Part shown: positions 1 through 11,835 of the stretch, piece by piece
How the letters are laid out: each line of letters starts with the position of its first letter
Numbering within the stretch: the first letter of the stretch is position 1
NCBI RefSeq assembly: GCF_018977255.1
Contig: NW_024704743.1
Coordinates: forward strand, 4,280,001 to 4,344,000
DNA: 64,000 bases
Origin: Callorhinchus milii
Taxonomy: Eukaryota
Reading direction: 5' to 3'
The notes under the pieces: model-generated
What the model was told of the DNA's origin: nothing
The model's database searches: none
The model's input: the letters and a program-made list of their open reading frames with translations, nothing else
Made by a program: the position numbers and the translations under genes

Positions 1-1949
1 ATAATAAGAGCATTCAGGAGGTACGAAATAGGAGCACCTCTGGTTTTATATAGACCGGCATTTTGCACTCAGAGCTGATAACCATATTTAGCCATGAAAA
101 GTAGACGCATTGAAAAGCTCAATAAATCGGTTCTACTGCAGCAAATGCCCATCTTTTTAATGATGTTTAAAAAGACTTCAACAATTAACATTATAAATGC
201 ATAAATGTACCCATTGTGGTGGTGACCAACAGTCTTATGTTCAATCCGTGTAAGTCATAAATTAAAGTTTATTATCCCAAAGTTTACCAGAGTCTAAGTT
301 ATCTATACCAAACCCACAGAACCCGCTGCTCAGACAGGACAGTCAAAAAAGAAACTTGCAATATAACAAGCTCAACAATTTAAAATAAATGTAATGAGTC
401 ACATGCCTCCCTGGTACTGGTCCAAACTGAACAAATGGATTTTGGGGGGAGGTCAAGAAAAGGGATAGAAATCTTTTGTGGAAAATTAAAGCTGCAGGGT
501 CAACAACTCGGTCTAATAAACATGAGTGCCAACACTATCACCGGTGTCATTTTTCCACTTCTTTACGAAATCTGGAAAAAACTGTCAACTGCTTTACGGT
601 ACAACTCCGTTGCTCATTACACATCGGTAATTCTGCAATTACTGACTCAATATCTCTGAGAATCAGGAAATTCATCTGTACAATCTCTCTCAAGGAGGTC
701 AGAGTAAATTTCAAATACTTTGGTTGGGAGATTTTACGGGGAACAAACAGCTATAAAAGCCATCGGGATTACAGGATCTGCTACGATTAAATGAACGGGT
801 GGAATAGGCTCAATGGGGTGAATAGCCTCCTTCTATTTTCCTCCCTTTCCTAGGTTCCTCTGCATGGAATAGGGTCGTGTGACTGTGGAAGGACTTGATG
901 GGACAAATGGCCCTTTCCTGATCCGTGCTTTATTACACTTACACACCCGGACACGAGTTTCTACACGCTTTTAACTGGCGCTCAGCTATGCAAATTATGG
1001 TTAAATAAGTTACGTTGATGATGCTGATATTCTGAGTAATGTTAGCTAAGAGATACGGTATTGCAATTTGCAAAGATTCGGTGCAAAACATACTGGGCAT
1101 AAGCAGTATAAATTATCACAAATAAATGACATTACATTTTATGGAAGGACGAGTAACTCCGAGTCAAGAAGGTGAGCAATTGTAACGCAAACAAATTCTG
1201 GCGCACTAGCATCCAAGACTTGTGTTAACAGCGAGGGCTTTCAGTCAAACCAAACAAATGTGGGATATCTCTTTAAGAATAACGGACGATTTAAAAACCA
1301 ATGAAGTGAAAGCAGGAAGTATAAAAAGGACACTGGGAAGCAAGCCAATATGTGGCTGGAGTACTCAACGTCTGAGCCGCTAATAAAGAAATGACCTAAC
1401 ACACCCAGGCTTTGGATTTAATATCATTGCAAAATAAGTCCAAGGCCAAGCGTTGATGGTGCTTTAAGTCAAACAAATAACTGTTCAATTGCCGAATAAT
1501 AATACAGTACACTCCAAATAACTTGACCCGAGATTAACACTATCACTGTTTAAGTGGTTATGCCATCAATATCCCAGCCAGCGCCCAGGGAAAATATTAA
1601 TAAAGGACTTTGCTTTACTTGTCACTCCACTGAATATGTAACGGGTCATTGTACGTTGTCGTCGTCGTAGAAATTCTTGTCAGTGGTTAAAATGTAATAC
1701 TGATCAGATGTATGCATCCCAGTGGTCTCCTTCCTTATCCTGTGACTTGTGCGGGAACTTGACGTAAACTGGGTTTACTGGGAGGGGGGTAGGGAGGGAG
1801 GGTGGGGGTGGACCTATTGCTAGCTCATCACATCTGATAATTCGCCTCTGGACCCTCTTCTCTTGGACTGACGAGTTCCTGGACTTTTTTTTCTTTTTCT
1901 TGTAAATATCTTTATCGTTAGAATGATGTCTCCTTCTTTTAAGCTGTGT

Positions 1950-2272
1950 AGTAATAATATAATAATACTTGCATTTGATATAGCGCTTTTCACATCGGGA
2001 GGACGTCCCAAAGCGCTTCACAGAACACACTGTAAAGTGAATTGACTGTATATTTGTGGGCGAACGCGGCAGCCAATTGCGCACAGCAATGTCCCACAAA
2101 CAGTCGTAGATTGAAAATTACCAATTTATTATTGTTTTTGGTTTTGGAGGGATTATTATTAGGCTTTGTGTGGAGTAAGGAAACTTGCCCAAGGTTTCGC
2201 CCTCTGCCTGGAATTGAACTCGGGTCTCTCGCTTGCAAAGCGAGCGCTCTAACCACTGAGCTACAGGACTCC
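1950..2272 (-). mobile_element. Full-length tRNA-derived SINE (Ala-like head) with L2-type 3' stem-loop and (ATT)n tail
   Basis: Head GGAGTCCTGTAGCTCAGTGGTTAGAGCGCTCGCTTTGCAAGCGAGAGACCCGAGTTCAATTCC (A/B boxes); nearly identical to the copy at 61540-61850. Confidence 0.9.
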
Positions 2273-3999
2273 ACAAGTACATGGGCTGCATGTCCTTATG
2301 TAGCCTATTGGTATTTGCTTTTACGATCAATCCCTTTGGTGTCAGCGCACTAGCGATCCTGAATATTTGAGCAAAAAATCTTACTGAATATGGAAAACAT
2401 GCTCTTGTACATTTAACACTGCATCTAATCCTTCCTTGTGCTTTGATATGATTAATGTGTTCAGCACGATACTCACTTTAAGGATGTGTTTTTGTTATGT
2501 TCCGAAGCCTTAATAGGTTTATCCTTCTCCTCTTGTGACTTGTGCTTTCAGGTGGATCAATGGGGCATTCCAGGATTTAGATCACTTTTCCTAAACCATT
2601 TATATTGAGCAAATAACCTTCCTAGCCTAAATAGCCATCCTTCGGATGGTACAGGAGGGTGACATCTACAAAATAGCGCTTCACAGAATATACTGGAAAA
2701 TGAATTGACTGTATATTTTGTGGGAGAAATGTGGCAGCGTCCCATAAGCAGTCGTGGATTGAGTGACCGTTTTTTTTTATTTTCAAGGGATTATTACCCC
2801 CAGAAAGCGATTTGCCAATCTACTAACAACCAGGTTCCTACTTACTGCTAAGTAAGCAGAGGCGTGTGGACTCAGGAAACTTGCCTCTAAACTTTACTCT
2901 ATGAAGTACTTCAAGACTTTACTCTATATAGAGTGTTTCAAGATGTTATCCTATATGCCGGGAGTGCAAGTTGTTGCCTTAAGTGGCATCGGATACTGTC
3001 TTTCGGCAGGAAAACACCACCAAACAGGATCTCAGGGTACATACGAGCAATCAGGTAGTGTGTTGAGCTGGAGCTTCTGTCCTGCCATCACTAAGAGGAG
3101 TTGGTTTGAGGAGTGATGTGATTTTCGCCCATGTAGGATATAAACAAATGCTACTTTTCCAGACCTGTTCCATTTCTCCAGGAGGGAAGGAACGTCAAGG
3201 TAGAGGTAAAAGCAGCCTGCAACTCACAAGAGCCTCTCTTATGCTGAATAAAGCTTGCAGCTCCAGACTAGTCCCAGTTCTTATTAATGTGAGACAGCCT
3301 GCTTACACACTGAAGGAGAATCATCTGTCAAAATTAAATATCCAAACAATCTGAGTCAGAGAGAAAGCCTGAAACAGGAGAAGGCAGGTTAAAGCGAGAA
3401 CGACGATAATAAAAGTTGGTAATCTAATTTCTGACTCTCATTTAATCTAATTTCTGACTCTCATTCATTTAGACCCTCATGTGACCCTCAAGTGGGCGGC
3501 TCACATTAATCACAATGAGCTGAATAAAATAAAATACAGCGGTCTACTTCAGTGACTCCTGTATCAAGGGAGTACCTTCTTTGGAAATTAAAGATATATT
3601 GCTGAAATGTCTCAAAAGCACTTCACATGATTTACTGTTGCAAAAGCTGTATTTTGGCAGGCGATCACAGAACCCTCAAACTCTCGCGCCCAAAAGGCTG
3701 TGGATGCTGGATCCATTCACATTCTCAAGACGGAAGTAGAGAGATATTTGTTAGGTCAGGATATGAAGGGATATGGGCCAAGGGCAGGTTGTTGGACTTG
3801 AGGTACAGATCAGCCGTGATCTCTTAAAATGGCGGAACAGGTTCAAGGGGCTGGAAACAGCCTACTCGTGTTTCTATGTTTTAATTTCTAACCAATTTTT
3901 GCTATGCCGTGTCCCACAAACAGCCACAAGGTGAATGACCAAATTTTATCTGGAGGATTATTGGCCAGCACACCAAAAGAAAATCCCTTCTTTTCCAAT

Positions 4000-4368
4000 G
4001 GAGTCCTGTAGCTCGGTGGTTATAGCGCTCGTCTCGCAAGCGAGAGGACGTGGATTCTATTCCCGGGCAGGGCGAAACCTTGGGCAAGTTGCCTTACTCC
4101 ACGCGCCTCTGTTTACCCAGCAGTAAGTTAGGAACCCGGTTGTTAGTCGATTGGCGATCGCTTTTCCGGGGGTAATAATTCCTTCAAGATAATAATAATT
4201 TGGTCATTCAATCCCCTACCTGTGGGACGCTGCTACGAGCATTTGGTCGTCGTGTTTCGCCCACAAAAAATACAGTCAATTCACTTTACAGTATATTTTG
4301 TGAAGCGCTTTGAGGAGTCTCAAAGAAATGATTAGGCTCTATATCAAATGCAAGGGTTATTATTATTA
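4000..4368 (+). mobile_element. tRNA-derived SINE, longer subfamily
   Basis: Same head, body with GCCTCTGTTTACCCAGCAGTAAG, tail AAGCGCTTTGAG...TATATCAAATGCAAGG(ATT)n. Confidence 0.85.
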
Positions 4369-4899
4369 ATAGTGTCTCTGGATGGTTTATTGTCCACCTG
4401 AACAGGCAGCCAGGGCCTTGGGTTAACATCTCACCCAAAGGATGATACCTCCCCCAAAGCAGCCCCCCATCACGGACCCCCCCACCCCCAGCGCTGCAAC
4501 GGAGTGTCAGGCGTGACTGTGAGCTCAGAGTCTCGACGTGAAGCTTGAACCCGCAACCTTAAACTCACAGATGAATGCGAATGCTGCCAACTGAGCCGTG
4601 CTAGCTCCGTGAGGTAGAGCGTGCAGACAGATGTGGTCGGTGCCTGAGGTGAGAAGGCGGTAACGGTAGCTGAACGAGAGAGCCCCGGTGCTTGTCAACA
4701 TTCAGCAGCGGAAAGCCGCACTGTTTTGCAGACGGGCGCAAGCGATTCGCAACGCCGTGAAATCGGAAATATTCTGCCGTTTGTTCCTTCGCACTGCCAT
4801 CTAGTGTCAGCCAATAGGTTCAACAGAATGCAGTGCCATCAACTATGTCTGATGGCCTTATCTTTTATTTACGTGCAATCGGCGGCTATGTCAAATGCA

Positions 4900-5790
4900 A
4901 GGATTATTATTTATAATAATAATAATCCAACCATTTGATATAGCGCCTTATCACGTCTTCGAGACGTCTCAAAGCGCTTCACAGAATATTTTCAGAGCGG
5001 GGTAGGGACATGCAGTGAATTGACTGTATATTTTGCGGGCAAAACACGGCAGCCAATTGCGCACAGCAGTGTCCCACAAACAGTGACCAAATTATTAGTA
5101 GTATCTTTTTTTAAAAGGGATTATTACCCCCTGAAAAGCAATCCTGAGTTCAATTCCAGGCAGAGGGCGAAACCTTGGGCAAGTTTCCTTACTCCACACA
5201 GAGCCTAATAATAATCCCTCCAAAACTAAAAACAATAATTAAATTGGTCATTTTCAATCTACAACTGTTTGTGGGACATTGCTGTGCGCAATTGGCTGCC
5301 GCGTTCGCCCACAAATATGCAGTCAATTCACTTTACAGTGTGTTCTGTGAAGCGCTTTGGGACGTCCTCCCGACGTGAAAAGCGCTATATCAAATGCAAG
5401 GATTATTATTATTATTATTATTATTATCCACCAATCGACTAATAACCGGGTTCCTACTTGCTGCTCGGTAAACAGAGGCGTGTGGAGTAAGGAAACTTGC
5501 CCAATGTTTCGCCCTGCCTGGGGATCAAACCCAGGTCCTCTCGCTTGCGAGGTGAGTGCTCTAACCAGAGCTACACAACTCCATTAGAAAAATTCCATGG
5601 CACCATGGAGCAAGTGGCTTCCGAGAGGGCAAGTCAGCGAGCGAAAGTCAGAAATGCGGGGATAATAGGAGACTCCATAATAATAATAATCCTTCCACTT
5701 GATGTAGCGCTTTTTCACGTCTTCTAGACGTCTCAAAGCGCTTTGCAGAATAGACTGTAAAGTAAATTGACTGTGTATTTGTGGGATAAT
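4900..5790. mobile_element. Cluster of four SINE pieces in alternating orientations
   Basis: Minus tail about 4910-5130, plus copy about 5140-5427, minus head about 5428-5583, minus tail about 5678-5790. Confidence 0.8.
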
Positions 5791-6300
5791 AAGGGGAATA
5801 GAGAAGCTTTTCTGTAGATGAAATTGTGAATCACAAATTCTCTTGCCTCCCTGGTGCCAGGGTGCAGGATGTAACAGCGGGCACTGATGATTTTGGAGAG
5901 AGAGGGAGCCATTAATTGTAGTTCATGTGGGAACTAATGCTGCAGCAAAGAGTGGGTTCCAGATCCTGCAGAGGGAGCTCCACGCATGTGCAAAGCAAAT
6001 GTCTGGCAAGGAATTAAGAACAGATTAAGGTACAGGACCTCAAGGCTGTAAAGTCAGGATTACTCCTTGTGCCATGTGCCGTTCAATATAATGACAGGCA
6101 GATTCGGAAGATAAATTAGTGGCTGAAGAGATGGTACAGTTGAGATTCTTAGGACATCGTGACCAGTTCTGGGGCAGGACTGAGCTGGATGGAATGAAGG
6201 GCTGCACACGATCAGTGCTGGCACCAATCCTCTCGCTGGAAAAATAGCCAGGGCTGCCGCAGAGCAGAGGATTTAACCTAATATGTCAGGAGGTTGGGAA
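5790..6300 (+). mobile_element. Degraded CR1-type ORF1 (SGNH/esterase-like) fragment
   Basis: Remnant motifs CLPGARVQDV and VHVGTN, with stops/frameshifts. Confidence 0.55.
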
Positions 6301-7704
6301 GAAATGGTATGTGAGTGGGGTAGGGACATGCAGAAAACAAAATAACCTTGACCTACGTGGCCACCCACATGCACTGGTTGGGATTAATGGCGAATTTCCG
6401 TGCTGCACATTCTCTGTAAATCTTTGAGCCTTGGCAGCTGCCTATTCGATTACAGCGGGTTTCGCAGTCACATCCGAACCTGTTCTGAACTAATATAACC
6501 CCTCCAGCAGGGCTCTCTGGATCATGTCAGAACTATAAATCTTGGATAATGTTTCTCCTCCCTAACCTAAGGCACTACGACATCAGCGCACACCTCCCCA
6601 GCCTATGTTAAATTAAATATTAAATTAACTCGCTGAGGCATTGGGAGAAATACAATCGGAGTTAGCGATATGTTCCTGCATAAGAAATCAGCCACTACAA
6701 TAATGAATCATTTCTGACAGTAATAATCCTTGCATTTAATATAGCGTCTGTCAGATCAGGAGGACATATCTCAAGGCGCCTTCACCAGATTTACTGTCAA
6801 GTGTAGTGACTGTGTCCTTTCAAGTCTATTTGTGCACTGCAATGTCACACAAACAGCCATGAAGTGAACGATCAATGTTATCTGAGAGACTGTTAATTGT
6901 GGACCAAAGTTTAGTTTCAATCTTCAAAATGAAAATCAGGAGATGGGGGGGGGGGGGGGGAGGGGGAGGAATCTGAAGAGAAGGGTTAGGGGTTAGGGTT
7001 GACTTTTTTCCATAAAAAATTAGTCACATAAAGATAAAACTAATCCTCTTTTACCTCTCCAGAGAGGTAAGAAATCACAAACGTTTGAAACAGAAATTTT
7101 CAGCATAGAAAGGAGGCGATTCAGCTTATCATATCTGCGTCATTCCTAATTGGTTTTTTTAAAAAATCCCTGCTGGAAGTGTTATACTTGTTTACAAGAC
7201 TTTGGGACTTGACTGTAACACTCGCCGTAATCTATTTATTTAGCTCATTTTTCCTGTCCTTTCCCCAAGTTCCTAAATTTGCTTATAGCAAAGATGTTTA
7301 ACCAACTCCTTTTTGAATGCTTGCAGTGTAGTGTATCAACTTCGACAGCCATAGCCCACCATGTTCTTGGTTAATGAATTCACTGATGCAGCTGGAAGTC
7401 TGTTAAGTGTGAATGTTCAGCAATGCTACTCGAACAGACTTTCCAATTTGGTCAGGATTTCTAATCTGTCCACCGGTACGCACTCGCCCGTTTCACCAGA
7501 CATCGTCAGGCGCTTCTTATGTACCATCTAAAGTGGCAAGACAAGGTAACTTCAAAGACTTCGCGACAATTCTACATAACATTAGTTATCCACAGTTGGG
7601 CTGGCTTTACCGTTGACAAAATGCTTAATATTGAAATTGGTGTACTGCGTCTCACAGGTATAATAACTCTTACCATTTTGGAAGTTGTAAAAATAGCACA
7701 ACCA

Positions 7705-8120
7705 CCACCACAACAAAATTACATTTGTAAGGCGCCTTTCACATCGGGAGGACGTCCCAAGGCGCTGGACAGACAGGGTTACGCCCCCGAGCTGAGGGTC
7801 GGGGTGTGTGAGGAGGGAGGGCAGTGGGGGGAAAGCAGGGAGATCGAAAGCACGGTCGAAGAAGTAGGCCAGAGCCCGCTGAGCGGAGGGAGCGAACAGG
7901 GTGATAGGGGGTTAGGAGGTCGGAGTGGTAGTGGGGGAGCAAGACCGTGGAGGGCTTTGAAGGTGAGGACCAGGATCTTGAACTGCATCCTCTGTGTGAT
8001 GGGAAGTCAGTGGAGTTGGGCGAGGGTGGGGGCGATAAGAGTCGCGGAGCCTGGTGCGGGAGAGGATACGGGCTGCAGAGTTCTGGATGATCTGTGGAGG
8101 GAAGAGTTGGGGAGGCCGAC
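7705..8120 (-). mobile_element. L2-type LINE 3' fragment; related fragments at about 10230-10465 (+), 25750-26260 (-), 36570-36850 (-), 52040-52380 (+), 56380-56720 (+)
   Basis: Residual ORF2 tail (QFKILVLTFKALHGLAP; LHWLPIPQRIEFKILVLTFKALH at 25782-26207) and 3' stem-loop GCGCCTTGGGACGTCCTCCCGAYGTGAAAGGCGC followed by (TTG)n. Confidence 0.85.
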
Positions 8121-8161
8121 AAGCACCATCATCATAAGCCGCAAGTTTACATTGACAGTAC

Positions 8162-8299
8162 CTGTCCTTCCAGCATCTCGCGTGGTAAAGCGACACGATC
8201 CTGCTCAGTGCTGTTGGTTCGACGAATGGAGAGAGTGTGAGATTTGCGTTTCTGTTTCACCTGCCGTGCAGCTGCACTATTTCCACTTTCTACAGGCAT
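8162..8299 (-). CDS. WDR37: WD repeat-containing protein 37, first coding exon (the whole exon spans 8162-8329 including 30 nt of 5' UTR); the rest of the gene lies left of the window
   Basis: Minus-strand translation [46 protein letters not shown] matches the recalled vertebrate WDR37 N-terminus (MPTES...[19 protein letters not shown]...MLEGQ, 46 codons). Acceptor ttttag before 8329, donor CAG|gtactg at 8161. Synteny with IDI1/GTPBP4. I did not find the next coding exon in 1-8160. Confidence 0.95.
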
Positions 8300-9314
8300 C
8301 ACTTCCTGGTGAACTGTTCACCTGGCCTCCTAAAAGGACTGGGAAAACATAAGATTTTTTCAAAACAAAACGTTAGGATAATACAGGTAATCCCAGGTCG
8401 GTAACGGCTCACTAACATTCACACCTATGTCACGGCTGTCCCTCGACCCCACCGCTCCACTATACCCCTAACCTCCAGAAATCCCTGGCATAACCTCTCG
8501 AGCCTTGTCCCCTCTTTGTTCCATCGTTAGATCGCACCTGAAGACTTTCCTCTTCAACCACGACTCCTTTCTCTCTGAAAATGTGTCTCTCTGTACCTGT
8601 GAGCGTATGTGTCTCTCTCTCTCTCTCTGTCTGTGTCTCCGTCTGTGTCTGATGCCCTGAGAGGCAAGAGGTGGTGAAGCTCCTTGTAGCCCCGCAGTCA
8701 GGACACAGATCCGGAGTGTCTGTTTATGGTGGATCTCCAGGTCCTGCGGACCTGCGCTGGTGCCCCTGCCCACCACCGATCCCTGCCTTGACCTTCAAAT
8801 CCCTTCACTGTCTTACCCCAGATCTCTTCCAAACCTCGTCCTGCCCATATCCTCCAATTTTGGTCTAATTCTTATTCCTGCATTTCTCTTTTCACCGTTC
8901 CACCATTAACTAATTAATTAAAATTAGTCCCAGACAATCAAGTAATGCTGGCTACTTAATTAACCAGTATAACTTGATTGTCTGGGACTAATTTTTGAAA
9001 TCTCTTCCCCTTGCTTTCTTTCTCCCTGCCTTCAAAAGTTCTTTTAAAAACATCTTCCATTGCGAATTTGGTCAACAGGACTAACGCTCCCATCTTTCCT
9101 CTCCATGCCACCGGCTCTCAAGAATATCAGGTAATCACTTTAAGGTGATTAATGCTGCTTGAAGGACTTTAAAGTGTAAGTTGTAGCGATTTATCATTAC
9201 GTGAGATAACAGCATTTAACACACCAAAAAGTTTACAACTTTCCTCCAGTTTTCTCCAGTTAAAAGAATGCTCAACTTATGTCAAACTACGGTTCCACAG
9301 CCCTTGGGAGTAAG

Positions 9315-9610
9315 AATAATAATCTTCGCATTTGATACAGCATCTTGTCATGTCGTCGAGACATCTAAAAGCGCTTCAAAATATATACAGTAAAGTGGAC
9401 TGACTGTGTATTTTGTGGGTGAAACAGGACAGCAGTCGTGGATTGAGTGGCCAAAATTTTTTTTTTTTTTAAAGAGATTACCCCCGGAAAGCGACAAACA
9501 ATTTGGTTCCTATTTACCGCTGGGTAAAAACTACATGTGGGATAAGGAAACTCGCCTAAGGTTTCGCCCTGCCCAGGAATCGATCCCGGGGTCTCTCGCT
9601 TGCGAGGCCA
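9315..9610 (-). mobile_element. tRNA-derived SINE copy
   Basis: Same body and tail motifs, partial head. Confidence 0.75.
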
Positions 9611-11520
9611 ACTCGCCAACCAATATACTACAATTTCTCATTCGTGAGCACAGATTCTGAGCTGCAATTGACAACATCCACAGAGTTCTCCTTTGACATC
9701 CACGAGGCTTCTGGCAGACATCATTCAGCAGGGAGTGCCAGTCAATCTCTGGATCCAGGTGTAGATGTGGTGTCGAAAATTTACAGATGACAACACATGT
9801 AGGCGGCCGGGGGGGGGGGGGGGGGGTGGTAGGGGGGGTTAAGCAGTGAAGGGGATTGCAGAAGAATGCGGGATGACATACATGCCAGCAGAATGGGCAG
9901 ACAGATGGCAAATTAAAGTTTAACGTAGGAGAATACGAAATCCACTGAGAGATTATAGCAAATCGTGGTCACTTTCCCCATACCACCTCCTGCCCCCTCG
10001 CCGCAGGGGCGCCTTGTCATAATCCGTAGTATTTCAAAGAGCTCAGAAATAACTCGGAACAAGAGCACTTTGTTCTAACTTCGAGAACGCATGACACTGA
10101 CTTAAAGACGTTTACCGTAGCAAGGTTAATCACAATTATAAAAATAAACAATTGAACTCATCCATCCATCGCCTTGCAATCACAGCTTGTACGCTATTCA
10201 AAAAGTGAGAATGCAATTTCCTATATTACCATTTGTCCTTGGGGCTTGCGCTGCTTCGCCTTGCGTCCTCCCTTTCCTCCTTCAAGGCCGGTCTCAAGAC
10301 CTTTCTCTTCGACCGTGCCTTCAGCTCCCCTCTCGACTCTCTACCCCCTCCCCTCACCCTGACCATTTCCCCCCAAGGCTCGGGTCCTGACCCAACTGTA
10401 CAGCGCCTTGGGACGTCCTCCCGACGCGAAAGGCGCTCTATAAATGGAATCTTGTTGTTGTTGTTTTCTCCGAGTCTGTTAATTTGAGGGCAAAGTGAAT
10501 CAAATTTGCTGACTTTACACCACCAGAAGATTACAGGCAAAGGCCGATGTGTATTGCGGGATTTTACATTACATTTTTTGGAACACTGCTTCCTCTTCAT
10601 CCAAACCGCTTTAATGCTTTCTTTAATGCTTGAAACACTTGAATGAACCCTTAGCTGCTGTTCTCCTCAACAGCGTTTTCAGGTTTTCAAGAGAACACGG
10701 CTAATCTGAGAACCATAATTACTAGTACTGAAATGAAGCCTCGTTGAGAAGGTATTGAAGCAACCCCCTGGAAAAGGGTACCAAAGCCAAAACAGACCTC
10801 GACCATTCTAAGGCTGCCTACCCTACCCCACACGCACTTTCCTCCACCTCCGCCACATTGTGCCAGACAGACGCAGCCGAAACTCTCGTCCGTGCATTCG
10901 TCAGCTACTCCCACGACTACTCAAATGCCCTCCTCTCTGGTCTCCCCAGCTCCAATATTCACAAAATCCGGAATAGATCTGCTGGAACACATCTGTATGC
11001 GTGGATGCCGTTCGTGAACGGAACTGGGCTCAGTTGCAATGCCTTCAATTGCGTAGCCTGTCAACATTTATGAACATGACTCACGTGAATAACGGTCACT
11101 TGGGTAAGACAAGAGGACACACAGGGCTACAGCAAAGTGACAAAAGTGACAAAAACAAAGTCAAAAACACCTTCAGCAATAAAGGAGCCTTTTTTTTTAA
11201 ATTACACCAAAAACAGACACTGAGAAATTGGCAAACCAAGAAAAAAGACAAGGATACCATTCGACGGGTGAGGAAGAAGAGATCGAACTCTCCAAAATGC
11301 TGCTAAAACATAAAGGGAAGGAAAATCTAGCAGAGCTATAATGCACGTTAGAGGCAGCGGCTACTGATTGCTATACAGTAAAACTCACATAAGTTGTATC
11401 AGCCGGAACCATAAGATTTCATATGACTTCCACAAAGTCTGAGTTGCAGGTAAATACCTAGTATAAAACCCGATTTAAATCAATAATCTACCCTGTGCTT
11501 GTGTAATTCAATGCAGCCGG

Positions 11521-11835
11521 TAATCATAATAATCCTTGCATTTGATATAGCACTTTTTCACACCGTCTCGATGTCTCAAAGCGCTTCACAGAATATACTG
11601 TAAAGTGAATTGACTATGTTTTGTGGGCGAAACGCGGCAGCCAATTGCGCACAGCAGCGTCCCACAAACAGTCGCGGATTGAGTGACCAAATTATTATTG
11701 TTTTTTTTCCTTGAGGGGTTATCATCAGGTGTGTGGGGTAAGGAAACTTGCCCATGGTTTCGCCCCCTGCCCGGAATCGAACCCAGGTCTCTCGCTTGCG
11801 AGGCGAGTGCTCTAACCACTGAGCTACAGGACCCC
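11521..11835 (-). mobile_element. Full-length tRNA-derived SINE
   Basis: Head GGGTCCTGTAGCTCAGTGGTTAGAGCACTCGCCTCGCAAGCGAGAG, tail as above. Confidence 0.88.

Noticed and set aside
2200..2272. tRNA-Ala(TGC)-like sequence (also about 11765-11835, 29455-29527, 61540-61610)
   Set aside because: SINE heads: no proper acceptor stem, and each continues into the SINE body and tail
3421..3465. 23-bp direct tandem duplication AATCTAATTTCTGACTCTCATT
   Set aside because: Ordinary slippage duplication in an intron
6982..7000. Telomere-like AGGGTTAGGGGTTAGGGTT
   Set aside because: Only about 3 imperfect units, too short to call an interstitial telomere
7519..8352. 277-aa plus-strand ORF
   Set aside because: Antisense of an L2 fragment and of the WDR37 exon; no recognisable protein
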